The position numbers were made by a program, and so were the translations under genes. DNA of 64,000 bases from Rhodospirillales bacterium (GTDB lineage Bacteria > Pseudomonadota > Alphaproteobacteria > Bin95): assembly GCA_038143065.1 (NCBI GenBank), contig JAYQLI010000035.1, positions 64,001 to 128,000 of the forward strand. The letters are read 5' to 3'. Shown here one piece after another: positions 33,074-45,053 of this stretch. Each line of letters starts with the position of its first letter. Positions within the stretch are counted from its first letter, which is position 1. The notes beneath the pieces are model-generated. The model worked only from the letters and a program-made list of their open reading frames with translations, had not been told where the DNA came from and ran no database searches.

Positions 33074-34691
33074 ATGGCCGTTTCTATAAATCTACCTCCC
33101 TCGCCGGATCTTGTGAAAATTACTCGGGCATTGATTTCTGTCTCGGATAAGACTGGATTAGTTGAATTTGGAAAGTTCTTGGCTTCTTCTGGTGTCGAGA
33201 TTTTATCGACAGGAGGAACACGAAAAGCTCTGGTTGATGCAGGGATACCTGCAATTGAGGTTGCTGAGGTAACTGGCTTCCCTGAAATCCTTGATGGCAG
33301 AGTAAAAACACTTCACCCGAAGGTTCACGGAGGACTTCTCGCAGTACGAGGCCTTCAAGATCATAAGGCGGCTCTGGAAAGCCATGATTTGCCAGAAATA
33401 GATTTATTGGTTGTGAATTTATATCCCTTTGAGTCCACTGTTGCAGGCGGAGCTGATGCTGCCACTTGTATTGAAAATATAGATATCGGTGGCCCAGCCA
33501 TGATTCGGGCGGCGGCTAAAAATCATGGTTATGTAACGGTTTCTACCCATCCTGAACAACTTGCAGCGATAAGGGCGGAAATGGAAGAAAATGAGGGGAG
33601 TACATCTCTTAAATTACGCCGACGTTTGGCAGGAGAAGCTTATTCAAGAACTGCTGCCTATGATTCTCGAATTGCGAACTGGTTTGCTGCAGAGCGAGAG
33701 GAGGTTTTGCCTGCCACGTTGCCTGTTTCTGGCACAGAGGGTCAGACCTTGCGTTATGGAGAAAACCCTCACCAACAAGCAGCTTTTTATCAAATGCCTG
33801 ATGCTCGAGGGTACGTTCGACCAGGCGTGGCAACTGCTGAACAACTCCAAGGCAAAGAACTTTCCTATAACAATCTTAATGATACTGACGCTGCATTTGA
33901 GCTTGCTGCTGAATTTGAGCAGCCCGCGGTTGCCATCATAAAACACGCAAATCCATGTGGTGTAGCGACCGCATCTACCTTGTTGGAAGCTTGAAACAGG
34001 CTCTCAGATGCGATCCTGTGAGTGCTTTTGGTGGCGTGATCGCTGTGAACCGTCCATTAGATGCATCAACAGCTGAGGAGATAGGTAAGCTGTTTGTTGA
34101 AGTCATTATTGCACCTCAGGTTTCTGAAGGTGCTAAGTCTGTTCTCTCCAGTAAAAAAATCTGAGACTCCTCCAGACAGGAGCAATGCCCGATCCGGCTG
34201 CGCTTGGATTGGCATTTAAAAATCTTTCCGGAGGGCTATTAGTACAAACACGAGATAATGGTCGCATTGGTGTTCAAGATTTAAAAGTTGTGACCAAGCG
34301 AGCCCCCACCGAGCAGGAGATGAACGACCTCCTTTTTGCCTTCCGCGTGGGCAAGCATGTGAAATCTAATGCTATTGTTTACGTTAAAAATGGTGCTACT
34401 GTTGGGGTAGGTGCTGGGCAAATGAGTCGAGTTGACTCAGCTCGTATCGCAGCACGTAAAGCAGCAGATGCAGCAGAGGCTTCGGGCCAGTCTGAAGCAC
34501 TAACTAAGGGATCTTTAGTTGCTTCTGATGCATTTTTCCCATTTGCCGATGGTCTAATGGCGGCGGTGGAAGCTGGGGCAACGGCCGTGATACAGCCCGG
34601 TGGATCGATCCGAGATGATGAGGTGATTGCTGCTGCTGATGAAGCTGGACTCGCAATGGTATTTACAGGGATGCGCCATTTCAGGCACTAA
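33074..34691 (+). CDS. purH: AICAR transformylase/IMP cyclohydrolase (2 frameshifts)
   Basis: [49 protein letters not shown]. Confidence 0.97.
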
Positions 34692-34718
34692 ACGAATGAG
34701 TTTTTTGGCTGAGTTTGG

Positions 34719-35262
34719 TCAATGTTTTTGAAGATTTTTGAACCATGCGACAAACTCAGGACTATCCCACTCAGCAAATCCCTCTGCTGAGGCTATAACC
34801 TCTCCTGCGGTATTAAATACAAACGTAGTCGGCATTCCGCGTGCCCCAAGTTCGCGTGCGAGTTTCGAGCGCGGATCTAAATCGGCATCGAGGTTTTTCA
34901 ATCCTAATTTTTCCATGAAAGGGCGAGCTTTTTCTTTGCCACGAGCATCTATTGAAAGCACTAAGACTGTAAAAAGATCTGGTGATAATTTTGACTTCAA
35001 TGAGTCCAAATGTGGCATTTCTCTAACACAGGGCGCACACCATGTGGCCCAGAAATTTAATATAACAATTTTACCGTGGTGGTCCGTTATCTGCGCCTTT
35101 TCTCCATTTTCTTTAATAAAAAATTGCTCTGGAACAGGTAGAGGGGGGAGTGTAATAAGATAGCTTCAGGAGTTGGGGTGGTGCAGCGATGGACGTATGA
35201 CCATGGATGCTCCATAACGCCGCTACAAGACTAATAATCAGTAACTTCAGGGATTGGCGCAT
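34719..35262 (-). CDS. tlpA: TlpA-family thiol:disulfide oxidoreductase (frameshift near 35145)
   Basis: Signal/[19 protein letters not shown]; [16 protein letters not shown]; GMPTT. Confidence 0.85.
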
Positions 35263-36667
35263 GTCCAGCTCCAGTGATAAGTCAGCGAACGCAATGTGGG
35301 GCGGCCGCTTTAAGGGTGGTTCCTCTGATATAATGTCAGAAATCAATGTTTCCATTGGCTTCGACAAACGTCTGGCAGTCCAAGATATTTTAGGCTCTAA
35401 GGCGCATGTCACAATGTTGGCTGCTCAGGGTATTGTTTCAAATTCCGATGCCGCCGAAATTTGTTCTGGGCTTGAACAAGTATTAGCCGAAATTGAGGCC
35501 GGAAACTTTGAATTTAAGACTGATCTTGAAGACATACATATGAATGTTGAATCAAGATTGAGTGAATTAATTGGTCCTGCAGCAGGTCGATTGCATACAG
35601 CACGGTCTCGCAATGACCAGGTAGCAACGGATTTCCGTCTTTGGCTCAGAGACGAAATTGATGCTGTGGTTCCAGCTATTAAAGATCTTCAATTGGCGTT
35701 GATTGATCAGGCCGATGGGGCAGCGGATTATGTAATGCCTGGATTTACCCATTTGCAAAATGCTCAACCTATAACCTTCGGTCACCACCTGATGGCTTAT
35801 GTTGAGATGTTTCAAAGAGATCGAGATCGGTTTCGCGATTGCCGTAAACGCCTAAACGAAAGTCCTTTGGGGTCGGCAGCTTTAGCCGGTACGCCTTACC
35901 CTATTGACAGGGATCATACAGCAAAAGCTCTCGGTTTTGATCGCCCTACTGCCAACTCTATGGACGCTGTTGCATCAAGGGATTTTGCTCTTGAATTTCT
36001 TGGTGCAGCATCAATCCATGCGATGCATCTTTCTCGTTTGGCCGATGAAATCGTGCTTTGGATGAGTGCTCAGTTCAGATTTGTTAAACTCTCGGACGCC
36101 TTTACCACTGGCAGTTCAATTATGCCCCAAAAGCGAAACCCTGACGCTGCGGAGTTGGTTAGGGCGAAGATTGGTCGTATCGCTGGAGCGTTTCAGTCCC
36201 TCATAATGGTAATGAAGGGGCTTCCGCTCACCTATTCAAAGGATATGCAGGAAGATAAAGAGCCAGTATTTCAAGCCGTAGATGCTTTGATGCTTTCAAT
36301 TGCGGCTACGTCAGGAATGATGCGCGACCTTGTACCACAAAAAGACAATATGCTTGCTGCTGCGAAGCTGGGCTTTACTACAGCTACAGATCTTGCTGAT
36401 TGGCTTGTCCAGAAAAAGGGAATGCCCTTTAGAGAGGCGCATCACATTGCCGGAGCTCTAGTTTCTGAAGCAGAAAAAAAAGGCTGTGGCTTAGAAGATT
36501 TGTCGCTGGAAGAAATGCGCTTAATTTCCTCAGAAATAGATGAAAGTGTTTATGAGGTTTTAAGCGTTGAAGCGTCTGCGGCTGCACGCAAAAGTTTTGG
36601 TGGTACGGCTCCTGAGTGTGTGCGAAAAGCGATTGCTGCCGCCCGCACTGAACTTTTGGCAGAATAA
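35261..36667 (+). CDS. argH: Argininosuccinate lyase
   Basis: [27 protein letters not shown]. Confidence 0.98.
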   Translation: MSSSSDKSANAMWGGRFKGGSSDIMSEINVSIGFDKRLAVQDILGSKAHVTMLAAQGIVSNSDAAEICSGLEQVLAEIEAGNFEFKTDLEDIHMNVESRLSELIGPAAGRLHTARSRNDQVATDFRLWLRDEIDAVVPAIKDLQLALIDQADGAADYVMPGFTHLQNAQPITFGHHLMAYVEMFQRDRDRFRDCRKRLNESPLGSAALAGTPYPIDRDHTAKALGFDRPTANSMDAVASRDFALEFLGAASIHAMHLSRLADEIVLWMSAQFRFVKLSDAFTTGSSIMPQKRNPDAAELVRAKIGRIAGAFQSLIMVMKGLPLTYSKDMQEDKEPVFQAVDALMLSIAATSGMMRDLVPQKDNMLAAAKLGFTTATDLADWLVQKKGMPFREAHHIAGALVSEAEKKGCGLEDLSLEEMRLISSEIDESVYEVLSVEASAAARKSFGGTAPECVRKAIAAARTELLAE

Positions 36668-36672
36668 ACCTC

Positions 36673-36795
36673 ATGTGTCGTCTTTTTATAATCGCGTTAG
36701 TTTTGGTTGCAGTTTCCGCTTGTGGAAAAAAGGGAGACTTAAAGCACCCAGAAAATTCAAATGCCACCTACCCCAGAACATACCCAAGCCGGTAA
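36673..36795 (+). CDS. Small lipoprotein, LptM/YifL-like (40 aa; missed by ORF track)
   Basis: MCRLFIIALVLVAVSA-CGKKGDLKHP...YPRTYPSR; lipobox plus CGxKGxL motif; between argH and lysA. Confidence 0.85.
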   Translation: MCRLFIIALVLVAVSACGKKGDLKHPENSNATYPRTYPSR

Positions 36796-36804
36796 TCCAA
36801 ACCT

Positions 36805-38091
36805 ATGAATTTTAAAGATCAACTCGCATCCATCGCCCCGGCGTTTTCCTATAATAATGGGCACCTTGAGGCTGGGGGAGTAAACCTTTCAGAAGTGATT
36901 GAAGCAGCGAAGGGTCCTGTTTACGTCTATGCACTTGATTCGGTGTTAGAGAATTTTCTAGGTTTTAAAGAAGCCTTTTCCGGCCAGCCAACGCGGATTT
37001 GTTACGCTATGAAAGCGAATGATTGTGTGGCTATTTTAAAACTATTGTCGGATATGGGTTCAGGTGTCGATGTCGTATCAGGAGGTGAACTCGCTCTTGC
37101 GATGTCTGCGGGAGTTCCAGCAGATAAGATAGTCTTTTCCGGTGTAGGAAAGTCAGACAGTGAGTTGGCGCAGGCGGTGAATGCAGGCGTTATGCAAATC
37201 AACGTAGAAACTCCTTATGAACTAGGCCAACTTGCTAAGATTGCAAACTCAATGGGTAAAGAGGCACCGATTGCTCTACGGGTGAACCCAGATGTTGAAG
37301 CGGGAACACTGGACCAGATTTCAACCGGGCGAGCTACCGACAAGTTTGGGGTAGCTTATCGGGATGCTGCTCGCCTTTATATGGAGGCAGAAAAAACTTC
37401 GGGTCTGGCTCCTAAAGGTATTGCCATGCACATTGGATCACAAATTGGTGATACAGATTTTCTGGCAGCGGCTTGTGCAAAACTAAGGTCTTTGTGGGAA
37501 AGCTTGGCAACCTCTGGCGTAAAACTTGAGCGCTTCGATGTTGGCGGTGGATTAGGTATCCGATACAAAAATGAAGACCCTCCACTAGTGCAGGCTTATG
37601 CCGATACTATAAAAAAAGCCGTATCAGGATTGAACGCCGAAGTTGTTCTGGAGCCTGGACGTCGGATTGTTGGCCCGGCAGGGGTATTGCTCTCTACGGT
37701 AATATCTGTGAAGGAGGCCGCTGGTCGTCGTTTTGTCATTCTTGATGCAGCAATGAATGACTTAATTAGGCCTGCTTTGTACAAGGCCTGGCATGAGATT
37801 GTTCCGCTTACTGATCCTGGGGAAGTACAATGGACGCCAGCTGATGTTGTTGGCCCAGTCTGTGAATCTACTGATAAATTTGCCGATCAGCGTCCGCTGC
37901 CTCCATTGCTACCTGGAGACAAGGTGGCCTTTCTGGCAGCAGGCGCCTATGGGGCGGTTATGGGATCAGAATACAACAGTAGACCTAGAGCTGCCGAGGC
38001 AGTGGTTCGTGGGGGAAATTGGTCCTTCACTCGTAACCCTCGCACCTATGATGATATTATTCAGGAGCAGCATGCTCCATCTTGGCTGTGA
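36805..38091 (+). CDS. lysA: Diaminopimelate decarboxylase
   Basis: YAMKAN, DVVSGGE, HIGSQI, EPGR, GPVCES, AGAYG. Confidence 0.96.
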   Translation: MNFKDQLASIAPAFSYNNGHLEAGGVNLSEVIEAAKGPVYVYALDSVLENFLGFKEAFSGQPTRICYAMKANDCVAILKLLSDMGSGVDVVSGGELALAMSAGVPADKIVFSGVGKSDSELAQAVNAGVMQINVETPYELGQLAKIANSMGKEAPIALRVNPDVEAGTLDQISTGRATDKFGVAYRDAARLYMEAEKTSGLAPKGIAMHIGSQIGDTDFLAAACAKLRSLWESLATSGVKLERFDVGGGLGIRYKNEDPPLVQAYADTIKKAVSGLNAEVVLEPGRRIVGPAGVLLSTVISVKEAAGRRFVILDAAMNDLIRPALYKAWHEIVPLTDPGEVQWTPADVVGPVCESTDKFADQRPLPPLLPGDKVAFLAAGAYGAVMGSEYNSRPRAAEAVVRGGNWSFTRNPRTYDDIIQEQHAPSWL

Positions 38092-38108
38092 GAAATTTGG
38101 AGAGAGTT

Positions 38109-38889
38109 ATGGAAGATCGCATTTATCCCGAGCGTGTACTTGAAAGTGATACTACTCGAACCTTCGCAAATCGGGTGTCTGTGCGCTCCTACACCGATGA
38201 GCCTGTTACTGATGAGCAAGTTGATGCGGTATTGCAGGCAGCATTTCGAGCACCAACTTCCTCTAACATTCAGTCTTATAGCGTTATTGTTGTCCGAGAC
38301 CAGGAGGCGTTAGACCAACTCGCAGTAGTGACCTCCGGTCAAAAGCACGTTGCAAATGCCCCAGTTTTTCTCGCTTTCTGTGCAGACCTGACCCGTATTG
38401 ATAAAGCCATGCGAGACAGAGGCGGGAATATGGAGACAAATAATCTCGAAACAGGTTTAGTCTCCTCGATCGATGCAGCTCTTGTTGGAATGTCAGCCTA
38501 CATAGCTGCTGACCCTTGGTATGAAGGGTGTTATGATTGGCGCTGTCCGCAATAATGCCGCTGAAACTGCAAAAATTTTAGGTTTGCCCAAACGGGTCTA
38601 CTGCGTCTTTGGGATGGTACTAGGTTGGCCCGATAGCATTCCAAAGCAGAAGCCGCGAATGGAGCAGGACGCCGTGGTGCACTATGAGCAATACGGAAAG
38701 ACTATTGCTGGCGAAAAACTTGATCCAAAAGTAGATTCTTATGACAAGGCTCTGGCGGCTCACTACCGAAGTGTTGGAATGACAACCACAGATGATAGTT
38801 GGTCCCATGATGTTGCATAAAAGTTCATGCCTGAACCACGTGAAAACTTGCGAGCTGAATTAAAAAACCTTGGTTTTGATTTTCGTTAG
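38109..38889 (+). CDS. NfsA/FRP-family nitroreductase (frameshift near 38515; in-frame TAA 38818-38820)
   Basis: RVSVRSY, APTSSNIQSYS, IDAAL, IGAVRN, KPR; NfsA-like tail RENLRAELKNLGFDFR after the TAA. Confidence 0.85.
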
Positions 38890-39000
38890 ATTAGAAATCA
38901 ATAAAGTTTTTTAGACTAAAAATAGCTCCACAGTTTATCTGAAGAAATCTACTCATAGCGTCCAAAGAAGTTTGGTTTTTTTGGTCATGAAAGCGGGTGC

Positions 39001-39855
39001 ATGGCGAACAGCTCTTTCCTAGGTGCATTTTGGATGTTAGGGGCGGTTGCCAGCTTTGCTTGCATGCAGATAGCTGGCCGTGAATTGTCTGGATCATACG
39101 ACGCATTCGACATTTTATTAATTCGTAGTGTGAGTGGAATTATCCTAATCACACCTATTGCGTTTGTTTTTGGAGGCGTCACAAATTTTTCGACCAAGCG
39201 TCCAATCGGTCACTGCATTAGGAACGGGATCCATTTCATTGGTCAATTTGGTTGGTTCTATGGAATTGCATTCCTTCCAATGGCCGATGTAACAGCATTA
39301 ACTGCGTCAACACCATTATTCGGAGTTGCTCTGGCTATTATCTTTATGGGAGAGCTTTTCTCGTTTCGCCGTATTGCTATTGTCTTGGCAGGTTTTGTTG
39401 GGGTTCTGATAGTGGTGCGACCTGGTGTAGTTCCGTTAGAACTGGCAACAGGTGTCACTGTACTTGGAGCATTTTGTTACGCAGTCTCAATCATAATGGT
39501 GAAGTCTTTAACTCGAACGGAACCGCCTCTGCGCATCGTCTTTTATATGATGTTGCTCCAGCTCGTGTTTGCGTGTGTATGCACTAGTCTAAATATTTCC
39601 TGGCCTCTCGGGGTAGATTGGCCCTTTGTTATCTTAGTGGGCATAGGTGGACTGACGGCTCATTATTGCATGGCAAGATCAGTTCAGTTGGCAGATGCTA
39701 GTGTTGTAATGCCTGTAAATTTTCTGCAACTGCCTTTGATGGCTTTGGCTGGATTTGTTTTATATGGCGAAAATGTGGACCCTTATACTCTGGGTGGAGG
39801 GGTCCTCATTCTAGGCGCCACCTATTTGAATATTACCCTCTCAAAACAAAGATAG
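39001..39855 (+). CDS. EamA/DMT transporter
   Basis: About 10 TM helices; GFVGVLIVVRPG. Confidence 0.9.
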   Translation: MANSSFLGAFWMLGAVASFACMQIAGRELSGSYDAFDILLIRSVSGIILITPIAFVFGGVTNFSTKRPIGHCIRNGIHFIGQFGWFYGIAFLPMADVTALTASTPLFGVALAIIFMGELFSFRRIAIVLAGFVGVLIVVRPGVVPLELATGVTVLGAFCYAVSIIMVKSLTRTEPPLRIVFYMMLLQLVFACVCTSLNISWPLGVDWPFVILVGIGGLTAHYCMARSVQLADASVVMPVNFLQLPLMALAGFVLYGENVDPYTLGGGVLILGATYLNITLSKQR

Positions 39856-40147
39856 TTAAGATTGTCCGGTGGAACGTTGAAATTCTTTGAAATTGGAAAA
39901 TAAAGATCAAGGAATGAGACTAATTTCCACGGAACTACTCGAGACTTGTATCTCATCCCTTTTTTCGGGTGAAATGACAAAGCGATAGAAATTACATCAA
40001 TGGTCTTAAAAAATGGTTTAAAGGCTATCTAGGTTGATACTTTGGTTTGACATTTATGCATGGGATCGGGTAACTACTCTCGAAATCAATGATCTGATTA
40101 GATCGTTGCAACTCTTTTATAATTTGTTTGTTTTGAGGGCTGGTCCC

Positions 40148-40273
40148 ATGAAAGTCGTTCGTTCGCTTAAGACTCTTAAGAGCCGTCATCGTCAATGCCA
40201 AGTGGTACGGCGGCGCGGGCGGATTTATGTAATCAATAAACAGGTTCGGAAATTCAAAGCCCGGCAGGGTTAA
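40148..40273 (+). CDS. rpmJ: 50S ribosomal protein L36, type B (no zinc ribbon)
   Basis: [41 protein letters not shown]. Confidence 0.96.
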   Translation: MKVVRSLKTLKSRHRQCQVVRRRGRIYVINKQVRKFKARQG

Positions 40274-40295
40274 GACCTCTCATTATTTCTGTTCG

Positions 40296-40320
40296 GGGGA
40301 TAGTTTAGTTCATCCCCTTT
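40296..40320 (+). terminator. Possible weak terminator after rpmJ
   Basis: GGGGAT-N10-ATCCCC-TTT. Confidence 0.4.
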
Positions 40321-40375
40321 ACGATTGGTTTTGGATCTCGGTGGTCGGTTTTTTGTCCTTCCTATGGCGTGATCT

Positions 40376-41664
40376 ATGCAGACAAATTTTTCTATAGCGC
40401 AGCTTTCCGACCCTGATATGGCCGCTTCGGAGTCGATTCTGAGGTCGTGTGTTCACTGTGGGTTTTGCACTGCTACTTGCCCCACATACCTCCTTCTTGG
40501 CGATGAATTAGACAGCCCTAGAGGACGCATATATCAAATAAAAGATATGTTGGAGTCTGGTCTTCCAGCCCCAAAAACGGTCGTGAAGCACATTGATCGC
40601 TGTCTTTCATGCCTCTCATGTATGACGACATGCCCTTCAGGCGTTCATTATCAGCACTTAGTGGATCATGGCAGGGCGTACGTTAATAAGACCTTCCAGC
40701 GACCATTCTTTGATAGAGCCTTCCGTTCAATCCTTTCATGGGTTTTACCTTACCCAGATCGTTTTCGAGCAGCTTTAGTGCTTGCTTGGCTACTTCGTCC
40801 TTTTGGATCATTAGTTTCTGGGCGTGTAGGTGCGATGCTGCGCCTAGTGCCTAAACGGATTCCACCTCGCTCACCGATCGAAGGCCCCAAAGTCCACAAA
40901 ACAGAAGGTGCCACAGTTAAACGTGTGGCTCTGCTTGCGGGCTGTGCTCAACAGGTGCTTAGTCCTTCCATCAATGAATCTACAATTCGTCTACTCAATC
41001 GTCATGGAGTAGAGGTCGTTACAGCTAAAGGAGCAGGTTGCTGCGGTGCTCTTGTCCATCACATGGGCCGGGCAGAGGAGGGACACGAAGCTGCGCGTCG
41101 TAATGTTGATGCGTGGACGCGGGAAATCGAGGCTGACGGCTTAGATGCAATTATAATCAACGCCTCGGGTTGTGGCACAAGCGTGAAAGATTATGGTTTT
41201 ATGCTGCGGAATGACCCAGCGTATGCCAGCAATGCTGAGCGGGTTTCGGCAATAACTAGAGATATCGTTGAATTTATGTCGGACCTAGGTCTGCAAAATT
41301 CCAAGCCCCTAAGCCATTGAAATTGGCTTATCATTCAGCTTGCTCCATGCAGCACGGTCAGCAATTAAAAGATGAGCCTAAAGCGCTTCTAGAGGATGCA
41401 GGATTTCAGGTAGATACACCAGCAGAGTCTCATATCTGCTGCGGGTCAGCTGGGGTTTATAATATTATGCAACCCCAGTTTGCTGAGCAGTTAAAAGCCA
41501 GAAAAGCGGGTAACCTCTCACGTCTCAAACCTGATGTTGTAGTAGCAGGAAATATTGGTTGTATTAGCCAGTTGCAGGGAGCGATTGATGCGCCAGTGCT
41601 CCATACTGTTGAGTTGTTGGACTGGGCAACTGGTGGGCCAAAACCGGAAAAACTTGATTATTAA
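40376..41664 (+). CDS. glcF: Glycolate oxidase Fe-S subunit (frameshift near 41310)
   Basis: MQTNF, CVHCGFCTATCPTY, CLSCLSCMTTCPSGV, CCGA and CCGSAG cysteine-rich domains. Confidence 0.93.
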
Positions 41665-43211
41665 TCAGCGAGTTTTCGTACCCCTCCCCATAATGTATGA
41701 GGGGATTAAAGCCAGCGCCGCTACTACGGCCGTTAACATAAATGTGTCTTGGAAACCTTGTGTTTGTGCTTGCAGAAATACTGTTTGCCCAAGATAACTA
41801 ATTGCACCAGCTGATGACTCAATTGCGGACACACCGGACGCCTGCATTATGTTTACAATGTTAGACAAAGGTCTTGTGCAACTGCATTGTCTGGGGTTTG
41901 GCTCATTGTGATGGTTTGCGCATGATCAGCTGTTCGGCTTTCTAAAAATACCACCATTAGATTAACACCAGTCGCTCCGCCAAAAGTCCTTGCAAAATTT
42001 ATCAAACCTGCTCCCTGGCTTACTTGTTCTGGGCCAAGTGAACGCAGAGCCCCGGTATTTAATGAAGGAATTATCAATGACAAACCAAACCGGTTTACCA
42101 GCGTAAATAAGACAAAGATCCAGTATGGCGTGTTTGTATCTGCCACAGACATCAGAAGGAAGCCGAAGCCAAACCAAAATAAACCGGCCATGATAAGCAG
42201 ATGCGCTGGAAATCTATCTACAAGTCGGCCTGCAGTTGGGAACATGATTACCATCAATATCCCTGCTGGAATTAGAGCAACTCCTGCTTTTGTGGCTGAA
42301 AAGCCCTGGATGTCCTGCATAAAAACAGCAATGGCATAAATTGAGCCAAACATGCCAAAACCAAAAATAATCCCCACCAAAATTGCAGATGCAAATTGAG
42401 GATTTGTAAAAAGGCGGAGGTCTAGCATTGGCCACTTCGCAGTGAGCTGTCTGGCGATGAAAGCCAGCGTTGCTAAAGTACCAATAAAAAGCTCCAAAAT
42501 AATTCTATCGGAAGTCCACCCAAATCGCCTGCCGCTTGCGAGGCCATCAAGAACAAAGCCAAGGGCAAGAGCCATTAGGATCAGGCCAGTCCAGTCAAAA
42601 GGACGTGATGTGCCAGATCGACCAGCTGGCATGAAAGCTCCCCCAGCTACCATTGCGGCAAAGGCAAGAGGCAGAGGTATTAAAAAAACAAACCGCCAGC
42701 TAAGTTCGTCCTTCACAAATCCACCGATGGCAGGTCCAAGTCCCGGGGCCAAAACCACTCCGAGACTAAAAAGCCCCATGGCTGCTCCTCGTCGTTCCGG
42801 TGGAAAGACAGTAAAAATAATTGCCATAGTAAAGGGCTGCATTAATCCTGCACAAAATCCTTGAATGACGCGAGCCAGAATTACGGTTGAGTAATCGACT
42901 GCGGAAAATGCTAGGAATGAGCCTCCTACAAAAATTGCCATTGTTGCGAGAAATACTGTCCTCTGGCCAAAACGCTGTTGTAGCCAAGATGTGAGAAGCA
43001 TAGCTCCAGTCATTGAAGCGAAATATGCAGTTGAAAGCCATTGGGCTTTGTCTTGGCCAATACCAAAGGCCCCCATTACTGCAGGTACAGCTGTATTGAC
43101 GCTGGTAGACGAGAGCACCATACCGATCATTCCAATCAGTCCAGAGCCTGTCATGAGCCATCGCTCGGTCTCGGTAAATGCGGACCAACCTTGGTTTGCC
43201 GTAATAGCCAT
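41665..43211 (-). CDS. DHA2/EmrB-family efflux MFS (frameshift near 41865)
   Basis: RVIQGF, FPPERRGAAMG, APGLGPAIGG, FDWTG; many TM helices. Confidence 0.9.
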
Positions 43212-43252
43212 TAAATTAGAATGAGGGATAGTTGCGTTGCTTGAAGTAACTT

Positions 43253-44449
43253 TTAATTTCTGACGTCAATTTCTACTTCAACCATCATACCAGGAGAGAG
43301 ACGCTTTGGTTGTTTAGTGAACGCAATTTTGACTGGGATCCTTTGAGTGACCTTTGTAAAATTGCCACTTGGGTTTGGGGTTGGTAGAAGTGCAAATCTT
43401 GAAGTTGCCGCAGTTCCTATCTTCTCCACTTTCCCCATGAAGTTGTCGTCTGGATAGGCATCGACAGTAATATGGACAATCTGGTCAACGCTTAGACGGC
43501 GAACTTGTGTCTCTTTAATATTGGCTTCTACCCATACATTCTCAGGATTATGAAGCATTAGCACGCGCCGGCCTGGGCCTACGAATTCACCGTTTTCTAC
43601 GAAAACACGATCTATAATTCCGGGGATTGGTGCCCGAATAGAACGCTGGGCAATAAGTGCTTCTTGCCGAGCCATTCTAGCCATAAGCTCCGCTTCCTTA
43701 TGATCAAGAATAGCCAATTCGCTTTCTATGACCGACAACTCCCCTTTGTCAGCTTCTGCCTCTGCTGCTTCGCCACGTGAAGAGGCAATGTCTGCATCAG
43801 CGCGGCGAAGTTCACTTTCTAGTCGTGAAACTTCTGCCTCAGCTCGGTCTAGGCGAGAACGCGAAATAACGCGTCGATTAAAAAGACTTTGAAATCGATC
43901 AAACTCTTGTTTTGCAAGCTTTAATTCTGCAGCAAGGGCACTTCGCCGAGCTTGTTGTGCCTGAACTTCTGTTGCTCTTGTTTGTACTCTACTGTTTGTT
44001 TGTCGGGTAACCATGTCTGTTCGGGCTGCATACTCGGCCCTCTCGGCCTGAACGCCAGCGAGGGAGGCTTTCAGAGCGTCTAGCTCTAAGGCTTGGACTT
44101 TATTATCCACTTGAGCAAGGAGGGTGCCGGCCTCCACGGTGTCGCCGGACTCTACATTGAGTGCAACTAATAATCCTTCAACACGGCTGCCAACAGTAAT
44201 GTGATCAGTAGTAACTCGAGCGTCGTACTCATAAACGTGAGTCATTCGGCTCATTACCTCACGACCTGCAAAAATCATTGCTGCTACGGCGACAAGTCCA
44301 ATCGCAAAGTAACGCAAAGTTCTTTTTGGTCGGTGTCGTTGTGTTTTATTTGGGGTTGCCGATAGTGTACTTGAGTTAGCGTTATCCGCTGAACTTTGAG
44401 AGCTTGATAACGCATTTGTTTCTGAACCTTTTTCAGTGTCTTGTGCCAT
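43253..44449 (-). CDS. EmrA/HlyD membrane fusion protein
   Basis: IRAPIPG, WVEANIKET, SGNFTKVTQRIPVKI. Confidence 0.93.
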   Translation of the reverse strand: MAQDTEKGSETNALSSSQSSADNANSSTLSATPNKTQRHRPKRTLRYFAIGLVAVAAMIFAGREVMSRMTHVYEYDARVTTDHITVGSRVEGLLVALNVESGDTVEAGTLLAQVDNKVQALELDALKASLAGVQAERAEYAARTDMVTRQTNSRVQTRATEVQAQQARRSALAAELKLAKQEFDRFQSLFNRRVISRSRLDRAEAEVSRLESELRRADADIASSRGEAAEAEADKGELSVIESELAILDHKEAELMARMARQEALIAQRSIRAPIPGIIDRVFVENGEFVGPGRRVLMLHNPENVWVEANIKETQVRRLSVDQIVHITVDAYPDDNFMGKVEKIGTAATSRFALLPTPNPSGNFTKVTQRIPVKIAFTKQPKRLSPGMMVEVEIDVRN

Positions 44450-44909
44450 CAAGCATCTCCTTTGAGGTGGGGTGTAGAGAGACTTTCAAATCGACTTATC
44501 AATTGTGTAGTGAATTCAATCATTGCATTAACCTGCGCTGGGTCGAGGTCGCCGAGCACTTCTTGCCGAAGTTCAGCCGCAATAGTATCTACTTCTTGGA
44601 ATCGAGCCCGTCCGTGTTTGGTAAGGTGTATTAGGTTGGCTCGGCGGTCATCTGGATTTGGGTTGCGATCAACCAGGCCAGCTTCCTCTAACTGGTCAAT
44701 TTGGCGTACAAGTGTTGCACCTGAAATTCCCGCCCGCGCTGCAAGATCAAGCTGAGTTATTCCATCAACCTTGTCATTTAGGTGCATGAGCAAAATCCAA
44801 CGGGCTTGTGAGAGCCCAAGGGGCGCAATCTGTTGTCTAGTTCAGTCCGCCAGAGTCTTGCGAGAAGTCCAGTTTGTCTGCCCAAATTTGTTGGAGGATT
44901 GCGGGCCAT
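44449..44909 (-). CDS. MarR/SlyA-family regulator (frameshift near 44815)
   Basis: LARLWRTELDNRLRPLG/LSQARW, DQLEEAGLV, DDRRAN. Confidence 0.9.
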
Positions 44910-44929
44910 TACAGTTACTCTTTTATGAT

Positions 44930-44972
44930 CCTAATTATTAGCTACCTATATGTTAGTATCCTAATAATTAGG
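44930..44972. promoter_or_regulatory. Putative MarR/SlyA operator region
   Basis: Perfect 12-bp inverted repeat CCTAATTATTAG-N19-CTAATAATTAGG overlapping TTAG-N4-CTAA-type sites, 21 nt upstream of the MarR ATG. Confidence 0.65.
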
Positions 44973-45053
44973 GTGCAATTCAAGGAGGTCAACTCTCGCA
45001 AGCTTATTGTAGCCACTTAGTCGTTAATATGACCGCATCCTGATGCCGAGAAG

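Noticed and set aside
33985-34000. TGA ending the first purH ORF as a possible Sec codon
   Set aside because: The downstream part is in a different frame (a G is missing from TGG) and there is no Cys-like context.
39911-39960. Possible structured RNA upstream of rpmJ (GGAATGAGA...TCTCATCCC)
   Set aside because: Imperfect stem with no recognisable riboswitch or ncRNA motif; cannot be supported without covariance analysis.
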